Both the position numbers and the translations under genes were made by a program. 64,000 bases of DNA. Source: Camelus ferus (lineage: Eukaryota). Positions 24,641-37,045 of this stretch are shown here, one piece after another; within the stretch, counting starts at the first letter, position 1; each line of letters opens with the position of its first letter. The DNA is taken from NCBI RefSeq assembly GCF_009834535.1, contig NC_045697.1, forward strand, positions 18,044,001 to 18,108,000, given 5' to 3'. Below the pieces are notes generated by a model. It was not told where the DNA came from. It searched no databases and was given only the letters and a program-made list of their open reading frames with translations.

Positions 24641-25519
24641 ATAAGTTTGAGGTCCTTCCCCCTGACTGTGTATATCAACTGGGCAATATGGTCAATCAGC
24701 CTCTGTTTTCATTTATGGTTTAAACTTACTTCATTCTAAAAAGCATTGGAGGTGGCTCCAGGAATACATACACTATAGAACGATTTAGAAAGAAAAGAAA
24801 TGAATCAGAGCTAAAGGAAAAAGAGCATGGAACAGGATGAGAAAGCACAGAAAATCAGTATGCAGATGTGGGTGCCACAGGAGTACACTAAAATGTTCAA
24901 GATAGGAAAAAAATTCATGTCTGAGCTTCCTGACAGCCAAGGTAAAAAGGGGAACATGACCAACTATGAGACCCACAGTCTTCATTAGACAAAACATTAC
25001 ATTTTCTCAGAAGCAGTCCTGGATCCTTTTTATGGACAAAGATGACACTGAGACCATCTGCTTTAGCCTTCATTCTCTTTGGTGGGGTGACTCCGTGGTA
25101 ATCCCTTAGCTGTTTTGGAAGGAGCTTAGTCTTGTGTTCAGCCTCACTCATACACCCCAAGAAGTGACCAGAAATTTATCCAATGATACCCAAGGGCATG
25201 ATTGGGTGGGAGAGGAATGTAAATAGATGGTTCCTGCCCTTCTGTCCCCTCCAGCACCTAATGTCAACCTCTAAGTCTTATCTCCACCGACACAGAGGAA
25301 AGTTTCAAAGAAATCTTGCAAAGGTCAATTAACTCTGGATCTTCTGTTTGTCTCTCTTCTTTTAATTTCTTCATGCTCCTTTGAAGTACCACTTACGTGA
25401 GAGGTTTGGTTTGGCTGGTGGTATGTTTCTAAGAGTGAAACCAGGTGAGATGGGAAGAGGAAGCTGATTTGCCAAATGATTAAAAGGTGATTTTGACTCT
25501 AGTAGAGGATTTTTTTTTT

Positions 25520-26020
25520 TAAAGTTAGCTAACATACTGCATTATTGCATTTATACGAAGTTCAAGACATAGTGTTGCACGTAACAGAGGTATGTTTCTT
25601 TTGATTGCTAAATAGTATTCTGTCTAATAAAGAATCTTTTTAAAAAGATGTTTAAAATGATTTTTCAAAAACTAATACATCCACATGGTAAAACAAAATT
25701 TAAATAGGGCAAAAAGAGTCAACTAATAATGCCACATTTTTGTATATTCTTGCAGAAATATTCATATTTATACAAATAAATACATACTTTCTGCTATATG
25801 AATGAGAATGAATGACAAACTCTTCCTTTGCTTCTTCTTTTCTTTCACTTATTATATTTTAGAGAACATTCCCTCTGAGGTCCTATTAAGCTAATTTATT
25901 CTTTTGAAATGTGGAATGGCATTCTGTTATATGAATACCATCATTTACGCATCCAGTCTCCCAACTCATACATATTAGGCTGTTTCCAGTATTTTGTTAT
26001 TACAAACAATGCTCCAGTGA
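25520..26020 (-). mobile_element. Old LINE-1 (L1ME) 3' fragments
   Basis: catattaggctgtttccagtattttgttattacaaacaatgct; continues at ~26505-26580 after the LTR. Confidence 0.75.
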
Positions 26021-26039
26021 CACCAGTGAAATTTGAATC

Positions 26040-26510
26040 TACATCAGCCAGGGTTCTGGAGGGAAACAGCACTGAAACTCAGAAGGTTCAAACTAAGAGA
26101 CATATGACAGGGGCAACTTTACAGAGATGTGGCAGGGTTAAGGGAACCACGGATGGATGTTGAGGCACTGAGGAGCTGACAACAGCAGGAAGCAGGTACC
26201 TCCCCTTGGCCTGAAGGGGAAAATGGTACCACTGGAGCCTCGGGAAAGCCGGCATGTGGGGGAGAGGTCACCTAGTAGGACCTGTGTGTTTTCCGAAGCA
26301 CAGCATCAAGACCGACGGAGCAGGGAAGGAACACCTCCGCCACTCTCTCTTCTTGCTCGGCAGTCTTACCAGTGCCTCCCATTGGCCAAACCCAACCACA
26401 GAGGCCAGTAGGCAAGGGTCCCAGGTGACCAGAGTGATCACCCTCCCTCCTGGCCCCAAGGTGGGCACTGAGGAACAGTAAATGGATCCGGGGAGGGAGT
26501 GGAACGTATA
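26040..26510 (-). mobile_element. Ancient MLT1 (J/K/L-like) MaLR LTR
   Basis: cagccagggttct..ggaaacag...cagagatgtggcagggttaagggaacca...cctcccattggccaaacccaacc..gaggccag. Confidence 0.7.
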
Positions 26511-26579
26511 CACAATGTATCTATGGGAATTCGTAGAAATGGGAATCCTGGCTTAAAGGCATGTGCATTTCTATTATTG

Positions 26580-28450
26580 TTTTGCAAGTCAATATTCATT
26601 TTTATTTACCCTTTCTGTGGGTTTTCTGCATTTCTGTATTTCTAATGGGGATAATTTTCCTTCTATCTGAAGTACTCCCTTCAGTATTTCTTTGACTATA
26701 ATTTTACCAGGTAAGAATTCTCTCAGTTTTGCTTGTCTTAGGACCTTTCATTTCAAAGGATAATTTCATAGAGTATATGATCCTAGGTGGGCAGTTAATT
26801 TCTTTCAGTGCCTTGTCTTCTGAGTTTTATTGTTTCTGTTGAAAATCATCTTGTAATGTGGTTTTGTGGATGCTTTTCCCTACTTTTATGCTGTTCTTTT
26901 TATCTCTGATTTTCAGCAGTTTTTCTTTTTTTTCTTTTGTGTGTGTGTGTGTAGGGGGGGTAACTAGGTTTATTTTGTTTAATTAATTAATTAATTAATT
27001 TAATGGAGGTACTGGGGATTGAACCCAGGACCTCATGCATGCTGAGCACACACTCTACCACTGAGCTCTACCCTCCCCCTCAGCAGTTTTTTTTATGTTA
27101 TGCTTTAATATGGTTTTCTTTATTTTCATCATGACTGAATTCAGTGAACTTGAATCTGAGTTTTAACATATTTCATCAGTTATAGGAAATTCTTTTTTAT
27201 TATCTTTAAATATTGCTTCTGCCCTTTTCTCTCTTCCCATGTCTTCAGTTACACATGTATTATCCCTTTTCACTGTGTGCCATTTGCCTCTTATACTCTT
27301 TTCTATATTTTCCATCCTTTTTTCTCTTTTCCTTTAGTCTGGATATTTCCTATTGTCTTCCAGCTCACTAATCTATCCTTTCTGAGTCTAAATCTGCTCT
27401 TAAGCCCACCTATTTCAAGTTTTTACTTATTGTATTTTTCAATCCTAACATTTTCATTTGACTCTTTTTTATAATTTCTCATTATCTGAGAAATTATCCC
27501 TCATTATCTGTTGACTCATTGTGTTTGTTATATAAAAAGAAAACTTTAGCTGTCTGAATTAACTCCAACATCTGAGTCACCTGTAGCTGTTTTTCTTCTC
27601 TTGGTTTTTGGTTATTTACATCTCTTTGCATGCCTGGCAATTTTTGAATGAATGGTGAGCACTGTGTCTGAAAAAAATGTTGAGACTGTAAATGATGTTG
27701 TCTTCCTTCAGAGGAAGTTATCCTTTCCTTAGCTGGCAAGAGAGAGTGAGGACTGATCATCTTAAGACAATCAGAGACCAAGACAGCATTAGGCTGGGCT
27801 GCAGATTTGGAAAGCCTCTGCCTGGCTCTGTTTCCCCCTAGCTTTTAGGGTAGATCTCTCCAGGGGCCCCAGCTATGAATCTGGGGTATGGAGCAGTGAT
27901 CTTTCCTTTTAGTAGGATTTGAACTCTTACGCTTGCATCCTCACCACTGGGAGACTGCCAAAAGCTTGCTTCTAGTTTCTGAGGCTTTCTATTTGGCTCC
28001 TGAGCCTCTTGCCCAGACAGCGTCAGAAGGTAGCGGGTGTCCTCTGGGAAGACTGGTAGTGCTGGGCTCAGTTCTCTTCTCCTTCTTTCTCACTGGGGTC
28101 CTGGCCCCTGTGCCTTTAATTTTATCTCTCTAGCCCCACAGACTGCCATGAGAATTACTCCTTTTTTACCTCTTAACGGAAGTCCCTGACTGGTGTCACC
28201 TGGAGTCTTTGCCTCCTGCCCTATAACTGTAACTAGAATTGGTAAAGACTTTGAGGGAAAAAAAGACTGTAGAATGTCAACTCATCTTTCTGCAGCTACT
28301 TTCCCCCACACCCCAGAACTTTTACCCAGTAAGTCCTAGGGCCTCAATATTCTTCCAAAGCCTCAAGCAGATGTTTTTTTGTGTTTTATTGGCTTCTCTG
28401 GTTGTTCTTTATGGGAAGGTTGGTCTGCTACACTCTGCTCCATTATATTC
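26580..28450 (-). mobile_element. Old LINE-1 5' region / ORF1 (L1ME/L1MD-like), antisense
   Basis: ctgaagtactcccttcagtatttc..gaattctctcagttttgcttgtct; ctttaaatattgcttctgccc; T-rich antisense L1 pattern. Confidence 0.75.
26925..27079 (-). mobile_element. Camelid Vic-1-like tRNA-Ala-derived SINE, full length
   Basis: Minus strand GGGGGAGGGTAGAGCTCAGTGGTAGAG..AGCATGCATGAGGTCCTGGGTTCAATCCCCAGTACCTCCA (A and B boxes), (TTAA)n tail, TSD tcagcagttttt 26913-26924 / 27080-27091. Confidence 0.92.
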
Positions 28451-28949
28451 AGAAATGAAAGTCATGTCTGTTATTCTATAGTTACTTTTCTTGATCCTCA
28501 GTTATTCTCTCTTAGTTCTTAAATTCTTAGAATTTTTAAATAAAGGATTTTCTTTATATTTGGGGATTAAATCTTATTGCATTTGATTCCAAGTGAATTG
28601 GGACTAGGGTACAACTTCAGCCCAAGCTTGTATGCCTTGACTCTCTCTCTAGACTGGCTGGTTATACATTAGCTGAACATTCTCTGGCCTCAGGCAAAAG
28701 AAGTCCCCATTTCCTTGTCTGTAAAATAGGGACAATAATCTTTCCTTGTAGTGTTTAAAGCTTAGTAAGATGATGTGTGTCAAGGGCTTAGCACCGGGTC
28801 TCATCCTTAGGGAAGCACTCAGTAGAAGTCATTGCTAGGGAGAGGGAAGAAAGGAATAAGAAATGAGGAAGTTTGTAGGGGGATAATCATGGCAATCAGT
28901 TGTCTTTTTCCTTTCCCAATCCGTTCACTTTTTCATTTACTTTTTGCTC

Positions 28950-30130
28950 CTCATTCACTTTTGCATATGATGTATAACCCAGACATTCCTTTAGTAAGGG
29001 TCTCATGGCAAACTCTGTAGGAATTTGTTGTTTGATCTGAACCTGTCTATTTTTCATCATTATTGAAAGGTGACTCTGTTGTATATACAGTTCTAGACTG
29101 ACAGTTATTGTCTCTCAGAATTTTGAAAATATTGTTTAATTATCTTCTGGCTGTAGAGAAGATAACCTGGCTATTCTCTCTGGCTGCTTTAAAGATATTC
29201 TCTTTGTTTTTGGTGTTCTCTCATTTTGTTACTGTATACTTACTTCTTTTCATTTATCTGCTTCTGAAATTTTTTCTTTCTCAGAAAAATCTCAGGTGTG
29301 ATCTCTTCCCATATTGTGTCTCCTTGTTCTTTCTTATTCTTCTCTTGTGGAACTCCAATTCAATATACTTTAAACCTTATTAGCTCATCCTCCAGGCTTT
29401 ATAATCTCTGGTATTTTTTCATTTTTATCTCTATGTTCTGTCCTCAGATTTATCTTCTAACTCACTCTCTCTTGAACTGTGTTGTTGCTCTTCTTTGCAT
29501 CTTGTTTTTTTGATGTATTTTGTAATTTTTGATATTTGATGGAACTTTGTTGGAACTCTATGAAGTCTGGGATCTCCTTTAGAAAATTTACTTTTGCTTT
29601 GCAAGGTAACTTTTTTTTTTTTTTAACGCACTACAGGAGTAGTATAAGTTGTTCTGTAAAAACATGCATAAAGTCTAGCTTGTGGCTATTCATTCTCAGA
29701 GAAATTCTCTATCCACAAGTCAAAGGCAGATAAGTATGTTACTTCTTTTGCTTAGCAGAGAATATATACATATAGAGATAGACCATCTTTTCACTGAGAA
29801 TGTTGATATTGGGGATCTGAGCTTTGTACAATGGTCTCTAATCTGAACTTCATCTTGCCAAACCCCTACATTATGCATTCTCTCCCTTATGACACCAGTT
29901 AAAACTCTTGTTCTAGGTCTCAGGGGAGCAGGAGATGCCTCTGGTTCCAGCTCTTGCTGACTTATTTGGAATCTGGCTGCCATCTCATCTTCAGCTCTTG
30001 GGTATCTCCCTTTCTTTCCATCTCAGTTATGCATTTTAAAATATACATTTTTTTTAATCTAGCATTTTTTAAGTGTTTTTTTTTTTTAATAGCAAGAGAT
30101 GCTTCAGGATATCTAGTCTGCAGCAACACA
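28950..30130 (-). mobile_element. HAL1/L1ME ORF1-region fossil, antisense
   Basis: gttctagactgacagttattgtctctcagaattttgaaaatattgtttaattatcttctggct; gctgctttaaagatattctctttgtt. Confidence 0.7.
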
Positions 30131-30424
30131 GCCCACTCATTAATTCTTTAAATATTTATTTATGTCTGCTAAGTGCCAGATACCCTGTTAGGTGCTGGTG
30201 ACAAGCAGGTGGCTGAAATTTAGATTAATTATCTCTTTGCTTCCCTAAGAACAGACGACTTTCCTTTAGGAGGAATTTATATCTTAAAGCAGAAGGAATG
30301 TAGCATAACATGGAAGAAGGATGGAGAACTTATAATTTTCTTTAAAAAATTTACATGCAAGTAGTAATATCTGGGCTGGTGGTGAGGGCAAAATGTATAA
30401 GCATAAATGGGTTAACATACTGGA

Positions 30425-31200
30425 AAAATTTCAAAATCCCAAAGAGTAAGAGAAAATTCTTAAAGCTTCAAGAGTGAAGTGCAATCTTCCTACAAATAAG
30501 CAAGAATCCAATTGGCATCAGTCTTCTTAATGGTGACCCCAATGGCTAGAAGACAACAGTGACATATTATCAAAGTTCAGAGAAAAAATATTTTGAACCT
30601 AGAATTCTATACTCAGGTAAACCAGCATTCAATTAGAAAGGCAAAGTAGATATTTCAAGACATGTAAGGACATATAAGAACAGAAAATCCTCTTTGAAAG
30701 GATTACTTGGGGATATAGCCCAGCAAAGTAAAAAACAAATACAAGAAGCAAGAAGATGAAGGTTATGAGAGGCTTGTAAAGTCAGTGTTAAATCCAAATG
30801 TGATACATAATGTAAAAAGCAAAAGAGTTAATAATCTAGATCTAATGGGAGGTGATCACAATGTGGGCAGGAGTGGGCTCATGTGAAACTGTGAATTTTA
30901 CTATTCTGTTCAAAGTGATGATGTAGATATTATTTTTAGACATTTATGGAAAACTGAGTGTTAAACATTTAAGGGAGTAGAGTGGGACATGAAAAACTTA
31001 ATTCAACCAGAGGAGAAATAGAAAGAGAAAGAGAAAAAGAAACAACAAGAAAGCATAAACATTGCAGCACATAAAATAGGGTGGTAGGAATGGTTCCTAA
31101 TATAAAATTCATTAAAGGATATAAATCTTTTCAATGAAAAATATTTTAAACATTTAAAAGGAATTTGAAGACTGAGAGAACCTTTTGAAAAGCTCAATCC
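30425..31200 (+). mobile_element. Old LINE-1 ORF1 remnant
   Basis: Degenerate translation REKILKASR...RIQLAS...ARRQ...FEPRILY, typical of the L1 ORF1p C-terminal domain. Confidence 0.8.
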
Positions 31201-31229
31201 TCACAATTGAAAATCAAGATGAAATGAGT

Positions 31230-32325
31230 GAAGAATGTATGTCAACATGGTAGATAATGTAGATAAAATGAACAAATTCCTAGGAAGACCCAAACTGCTT
31301 AAACTGCCTCAAGAAGAGAAAATCTGAATAGACCTATAACAAGAGGCTAAACTAGTAATTTAAAAACTTCCGAAAACAAAAGCCCACTAGTAACTTCACT
31401 AATAAGATCTACCAAATTATAAAGAATAATTCATACCAATTTTTCACAAACCCTTTCAAAAAGTAGAAAAGAAGGGAACACTTCTCAACTCACTCTGAGG
31501 CCAGTATTATCTTGATACCAAAGCTAGACAGAGACATGACAAGAAAAGAAAACTACAGACCAATATCTCTTATGAACACAGACACAAAAATTCTCAACAA
31601 AATACTAGCAAACCAAATCCAGCAATATATACAAAGAATTGTACACTGTGACCAAGTGGGATCTATCCCCAAAATGCAAGGTTGGCTCCACATTGAAAAT
31701 CAATCAATATAACAGACTATATTAATAGAATAAAAGAGAAAAACCCAACATGATGATCTCAGGAGATGCAGAGAAAACATTTGACAATATCTCACATCCT
31801 TTCATAATGAAAAAACAGTCAGTGAACCAAGGATAAAGGAGAACTTCCTCAAGATGAAAGGCATCTACAGAAGATGCGTGTCTCAGTACTTCTTTGGGAA
31901 AGACTGAATGCTATCCTCCTAAGATCAGGAGCAAGACAAAGATATCCCCTCTTGGCACTTCTGTTCAGCATTGTGCTGGAGGTTCTAGCCAGGGCAATTA
32001 GGTAAGAAAATGAAATAGGAAGCATCTGTATTGGAAAGGAAGAATTAAAACCATCGCTATTGGCAGATGGACATTTTTTTTTTTTTTTTTTTTTGCAGAT
32101 GGTTGATTAGTGGTTGTTTAGGGCTAGGGTTGTTTAGAGAAGGAAGGAAATGGAGTATGACTGCTAAGGGTATGGGTTTCTTTGGGGGATGATGAAAATG
32201 TTCTAAAATTGTGGTGATGGTTTCACAACTCTGAATATTCTAAAAACCATCACACTGTACACTTCCTATGTGTGAATTGTGTAGTATGTGAATTATATTC
32301 TATAAGGCAGTTTTATAAAAAACAT
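31230..32325 (+). mobile_element. LINE-1 ORF2 reverse-transcriptase N-half joined directly to an L1MB-type 3' end
   Basis: ORF 31512-31712 [49 protein letters not shown]; tcaggagcaagacaaagatatccc (decayed GTRQGCP); 3' UTR 32100-32325. Confidence 0.95.
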
Positions 32326-32329
32326 GAAA

Positions 32330-34227
32330 TAGGTGGTTTTCCAGGAAAACTTAATTTGACTCATGAAAAAAATGGAAAACCTGAAGAATAATAATAGTTG
32401 AATAATCCTTGAAGAAATTTAAAAGTTATTTGAAAATTTATCTCACCTTCACTCTGTTCCCTTCAGTCTGACAAAAAGATATTAAGTTCAGACAATTTTA
32501 GAATTGAGTTATAGCAAACCTTTAAGCTATTCCATATATCATATAAATTATTTCAGAGCATAGGGAAAGATGGGAAACTTCTCAACTCATTTGACTTTGC
32601 TAGCATTACTTGATAACATAGTAAAACAGGATGATGATAGCACAAAAGAAAAAGAACAGAGAACATATAGAGAACATTGTCTATACTATGGAACTGGTAT
32701 TTTTATGAGCAGATATGCAAATATCCTAAACAAGACATTAACAAATTGAATCCTCTGTGTACCAAAAACCAGTAGAGTTTATTCTAAGGTTTCGAGCATG
32801 ACTCAACATTAGGGAATCTATTAAGAAATTCTTTCCAGTAATCAGTGTATGGAGAAAAACTTGTGATCATCTGAAAAATTTTTGAAAAGTATTTAACATC
32901 TAAGGTACAAAATTTTGGTTATACAAGGTGAATGAGTTCTAGAGAGCTAATATATAGCATAGTGACTACAGCTAATAATACTGTATTACTGTATTGTGTA
33001 ACAGGTTTTCTAAGAGAGTGTATCTTAAGTCTTCTCAATACACACACACAAACAAAATATAGAAACTATGAAAGGTAATGGATATGTTAATTAGTTTGAT
33101 TGTGGTGATCACTTTAATGTATACATATATCAAAACATATCTACCTCAAGTATATACAATTCTTATCAATTATACCCTAATAAAGCTGAAAAAGAAAGTA
33201 TTCAACCAAATTTAAGACCAATACCTGGTTAAAAACCTTAGAAAGTCTGGAAATGAAAGAATCTACCTTAACTTGATAAAGGATCTTCCTTCCATAAGCC
33301 TACACCAAATATCACATTGATGGTGAAAACCTGTAAGCATTCCTGTTAAATTCAGGAATAAGATAAGAATGCCCACTACTGCTGCATCTATTCAACATTC
33401 TACAGTCTAGCCGAAGGAAGACAGTTTCTTGCCCTTATAATAAAACCAGAAAAATTAAAATATTTCAAACAAAGAAACAGAACTGTCATTATTTGCAGAT
33501 GATATGATTATTTGATGAGAATCCCAGGTAATTTTAAAAAGCCTATTAAAACTAATGAAAATTCAATAAGGTTGCTAGATATAACATCAATGTTAAAATT
33601 ATTGATGGATTTTCCTATATTCCACCAATAATCAGTTATAAAATGCTATGAAAAAATCCCAACCACAAAAGTGTCCAAACCAAACCAAAACAAAAAACCA
33701 AGGAACAAAGCTCAAGAAATGTACAAGTACACAAAAGGACGTTTGGATAAATAGACACACTTCATATGCTCCAGTATGGGAATATTCAATACTGTGAATA
33801 AACCAGCACTCCATAAATAATATATAAACTTACTATCCTCTCAATAAAAAAAGCCAATGCAATTTTTATGGAATTCAATAAATGGGTTCAAAAATTCATC
33901 TAGAAGGGGACATACAGAAGAATTCGAGTACATTACTGGAAAAGAAGTATAATGAGAGGGTGGAAAACTTGCCCTGGATATATCAAAACCTTCTCCAAGG
34001 TTATTGTAATTATAGCATCGTGGTATTGTTACAGGGATGATCAAATAGGTTAATTGGACCTGAATAGAGAATCTGGAAATACACGTAGGCATGTATGGAA
34101 ATATGTGTAAATAAAAGCGTAATTTAAGTCAGTGGGAAATAGCTGACCTATTGGACCAATGATGTTGAGACAACTAACAATCTATTTAGAAAAAATAAAG
34201 TCAGATTACTATTTCACAGCATACACC

Positions 34228-34274
<47 letters not shown>

Positions 34275-34430
34275 GATATAAAAAATATTTGAAGAATTTA
34301 TAAGAGAATGACTTCATATTATGGATTTGGGAAAGTATGTTTTAAAGCAAGACATAAAATCCCAAAACCATAAAGGAAAAGACTGATAGATTTGAGCACA
34401 TTTAAAACTTTTGTATGACAAACAAACAGA
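32330..34430 (+). mobile_element. Older, highly decayed LINE-1 (L1ME) ORF2, with nested L1MA 3' end at ~32900-33195
   Basis: ctgtcattatttgcagatgatatgatt (LSLFADDMI) at ~33483-33509; tcaggaataagataagaatgcccact; nested agagctaatatatagcatagtgactacagctaataatactg. Confidence 0.85.
34231..34272. repeat. (AC)21 microsatellite
   Basis: Perfect run. Confidence 0.98.
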
Positions 34431-34454
34431 GAAAATACTACATCAGGGACACTG

Positions 34455-34665
34455 GATAATAGTATTTAAGATCTTGAGAACTCATTATGTGTGAGAACCT
34501 GTGTTGCATACTTTCACTTACGTCATCTCATTCAACCTTCAAATCAAGTCTCTGAGGTAGCTATGACTGATTCCATCTTACAGGTGAAGAAACTGAGAAA
34601 GAGGGAAGTTAAGCATTTTGCCCAAACCTCATGGCTCAGAAGTGAGTAGGGAACCCAATTCCCTT
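34455..34665 (-). mobile_element. MIR SINE
   Basis: ccatcttacaggtgaagaaactgag...gaagttaagcattttgcccaa. Confidence 0.85.
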
Positions 34666-34869
34666 GGGTTGGTAAATCTCCCCTTTGACCCGAGAGAGCT
34701 GAATCAGGGGTTTAGCAAATCTATCTCAGTCATGGTCTCTTCCCCTTCCCCTCAAATTTCCAGTGCCTTCTTACTCCTAGTCCCCTGCCACGACAAGGTC
34801 AAGTTCAACTTCCTATAAGCACAGATCTTATCACATTGCTCTCTTGCTTAAGCACTTGTAATAGTAACC

Positions 34870-35260
34870 CAGTGAGTTTTCAAAATGATGTTATATTGGG
34901 GACTAGGAAGGAAATATTAGACTTTATTTATTCTTTATATATTCTTTGTATTTCCAAAAATTAAGAAAAAATCAGCTTTGGTGATATGTATCTAATATAG
35001 TGATTGTCTCTAGGGCCCCTACTTGGTCCTTCTGTCCATGGTTTCCTGAATCATGATCTGGGTGGGGAATGCGGAATATGGAGGGGCTAAGAGAGGAAGA
35101 CACACTTTCAGTTTATTGGAAATACTTTCCATGAGTCTGGTTACGTGGATGGATTTCCAAGCTCCTTCCCTCCCATCCTACAGGATGTAGCTGAGAAAGG
35201 ATTCTTGAAAATGCAACAAGTAGGACATTTAGGTTATAATCATAAAAGTCTCTTTTAAAA
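34870..35260. mobile_element. Ancient hAT-Charlie fragment; probable other end at ~36180-36425
   Basis: ggaaggaaatattagactttattta...aagaaaaaatcagcttt; distal gtggcaaaacttgtgaagttggtgtac resembles recalled old Charlie/MER113-type ends. Confidence 0.55.
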
Positions 35261-36524
35261 ATGTGTTGTGGGATTCTCCTTCCCCTGTTCTCTGAACGAA
35301 GAAGGACTGACATTTCTCCCCATTGTCTCCAGACCTCTGGTCTGGGAGGAGGCTGGTGGCCAGCTCCTCTCTCTGTGATCGCCCCTCTCCCAGGGCTGGA
35401 AGCAGGATGTGGGAGGAGCGTTAAGGGATGGGCACATCTAACTTGGCTGGGTTTGGTATAATTTAACCCTGTGCGCTCCAGACCTGGGAGATTATTGAAA
35501 TTATCTGTCTTTGTGGGCACTTCTGTGGGTTTTTCGGGACTCCTGTGCTTGGCCTGCTCAACGACAATTTGGGGCGGCTGGGAGTGCTTCTCCTGCACCT
35601 GGCAGCTCCCCACCCAGCCTCGGTCTCTACCCTCAGAGGTTCCCGCTACAGCCTCTTAACATGCAGGTCCTCTCTGTCTGTAGGTTGCCAACTTGGGAAG
35701 ACCCTTCTAAACCAACCAAGACCCAGGCCAGATTCTTACTGCAAGTTCATGCCCGGTGCTGGTGTTAGAGGGGCGTGCGCTCCCACGTTTGACCCACCAT
35801 GGGAGGGGGAGGGTGCAGCGACTTCTCTGACCTGGCCATAGGGAGCTGGGCAGTCGTGGAGACCCAGCTGCAGGTCCCTAACCAGGTCGGGGGTAGGAGG
35901 GCCCTCCCTTCCCTGGTGCATGAAGTGCTATGAGCAGCCTCACTGCGTTTATAACAGGCAAGCACCCGAGCCTGCGGTGGGGCGCCTGGGTTCAAATCCT
36001 CTGCCTCAATGGCGTGTCAACTCGCACGAGTCACTGGAAATCCCTGTCCTACATTTGTAAAATGGGGATAATACTGATGCCTGCCTAGTAGGGCTATTGT
36101 AAAGTCAGTACATTTCCAACATTCGGAACAGCCCCTAGCCCTCTAAAATACCCGGCACTATAAAATGTTAGCTATTTTTATCTTCCTAAAAGCAAGACCT
36201 TTTGAGTAGAATTTTCGTAATATTTTATAATGAGATGGTGGCATCTCTACAAGGGCTACTGATTCTCTATTTGTAGTGGTGACACAGTGTTTATTTTGAA
36301 AATGTATTTTTTAAGTTTGAAGAAGGAAGCTGACTTAAAGAAAAATGTGAATCAGACAAAAGTGCTGGAAGACGTGGCAAAACTTGTGAAGTTGGTGTAC
36401 AAAGGACTGGTCTTGCAAGACAGAGTTCTAGTCAGTTTTGAGCTCATGGTGACACCCTAAGACTTTGTCCCTTCTGCCCCAGAAGTTCCCATGGAAATAG
36501 TTTAATTTTTTATCTGAATTTATC

Positions 36525-37045
36525 AACATTTTCTCCAAAGGTTCTTTTTTTTTTTGAGTGAATACCTTCTTCAGTTAAAAACAAAACAAATACTTATGCA
36601 CGCAACTCCACTATAAGTTTGTTTAAAATTTGTAAATTATATTTATATAGGAGAGATAGAATAGTGTAGTTATAAATGTAAATGCTGTAGCCAGACTTTA
36701 GGGTTCAAATCCCAGCTCTGCCACTTGTCAGCTGTGTGACATTGACTGGATCACTTGACCTGTCTGTGCTTGTAAAGCACAAATAATAATACCTATCTCA
36801 CAGGTTTGTTGTAGAGGTTAAATGAGACGACATATGTAAGCTCTTAGAATATTGCCTGGCATGGAATAAGAACTCAATAACATCTATTTATCATGACAAC
36901 TTTGCAATAAAATAGATATATTCTAAAATATAAAGAAATGTTAAGATCAAGGTAAAAATAAATAGATACAAAAAGGTCTAATATGTCCCTTAACAGTCAT
37001 GTGAACCTTGGGATGTGTTCACTACCACTTTGGAGACTGCTGGCT
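36525..37045. mobile_element. hAT-Charlie MITE split by a MIR (36655-36895, +)
   Basis: Inverted ends tctccaaag (36532-36540) / ctttggaga (37029-37037); MIR gggttcaaatcccagctctgccactt in the middle. Confidence 0.65.

Noticed and set aside
27004..27079. tRNA-Ala(AGC) gene (also 39607-39684, 61780-61854)
   Set aside because: Has AT-rich tails, TSDs and stem mismatches, so these are tRNA-derived SINE heads
31512..31712. Reverse-transcriptase CDS
   Set aside because: Short remnant of an L1 ORF2 surrounded by stops and frameshifts; not a functional gene
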